Shown here one piece after another: positions 63,549 through 64,000 of a DNA stretch of 64,000 nt. The stretch spans positions 372,001-436,000 of the forward strand of contig JBLDXI010000018.1 in assembly GCA_047495785.1 (NCBI GenBank), read 5' to 3'. Origin of the DNA: Lepidodermella squamata (Eukaryota > Animalia > Gastrotricha). Both the position numbers and the translations under genes were made by a program. Position 1 is the first letter of the stretch; each line of letters starts with the position of its first letter. The notes beneath the pieces are model-generated. The model saw only the letters and a program-made list of their open reading frames with translations, ran no database searches and was not told the DNA's origin.

Positions 63549-63749
63549 GCCCCCTCTTCGAGTAACAAGGCAAGTATCACCGTGTCGAATTCCACCAAGT
63601 TTACAACGTTAGAAAAAATAATGTCCATCCATGGTCATTTTATTGAAAACGGAATCAGTCGAAGTCTCATTCAAAAAGCGACACGTTTTTTTACCGGTTT
63701 TAGAAAAGAAGCTAATAAAAACAACGAATATCAAATTGAGCCATCGATT

Positions 63750-63973
63750 TCATCTGGCAGTAACTTCCATTTGCGGAACGGTTGAAACGCCGAAAACCTC
63801 CTGGTTCGAGTGTTTCTCCACGCTTGGCCGAACAGGCCGCAGCCTTGTGATCAAGCAGTCGTAGAGTGACCCAGCCGACGCGAACGGGCCCACTTGCAGG
63901 GTGTACAGATCAGCCGGAGCGTGGCACACGAATTCCATCTGCTCGAGGGGTCGCGGATATTCTTCGCAAGGAC
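63750..63973 (-). CDS. Probable last exon of a gene entering from beyond the right edge (product unknown)
   Basis: Strong ttttttttcAG acceptor at 63974-63975 followed by a GC-rich open frame to TGA. Confidence 0.4.
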
Positions 63974-64000
63974 CTGAAAAAAAATCAAAATATAAATAAT

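Noticed and set aside
1-64000. CRISPR arrays, tRNA/rRNA genes, SL RNA gene, prokaryotic or viral systems
   Set aside because: None recognised. The window is intron-containing animal DNA, and the only rRNA similarity seen is the short helix-18 match inside the duplicated intronic element.

Overview
Gene-dense genomic DNA from an invertebrate animal with GT-AG spliceosomal introns and AT-rich introns and spacers; the taxon cannot be fixed from sequence alone. Order: 3' part of tomosyn (+, with two candidate internal first exons), an NPF/proline-rich protein ending in a tomosyn-type R-SNARE (+), a GT32 (DXD) glycosyltransferase (+), a GPI-anchored Ly6/three-finger gene absent from the ORF track (+), and an unknown ORF plus MMS22L (-). 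A tightly packed co-oriented run follows: EXPERA/EBP-like x2, PPWD1, MRPS35, WDTC1, ABCA (+). After it come an intronless synaptotagmin-1 CDS (-), a doubtful ORF, and DCTD-CDK9 (+). Main leads: (1) a 166-nt H/ACA-like intronic RNA in two near-identical copies just upstream of 3' splice sites in adjacent genes, carrying sense and antisense matches to the 18S rRNA helix-18 (530-loop) sequence; (2) the 5xNPF-acidic + proline-rich + soluble R-SNARE protein next to tomosyn; (3) probable SL-trans-spliced operons with stop-to-ATG gaps as short as 52-116 bp. All exon coordinates were read by hand and need transcript confirmation.
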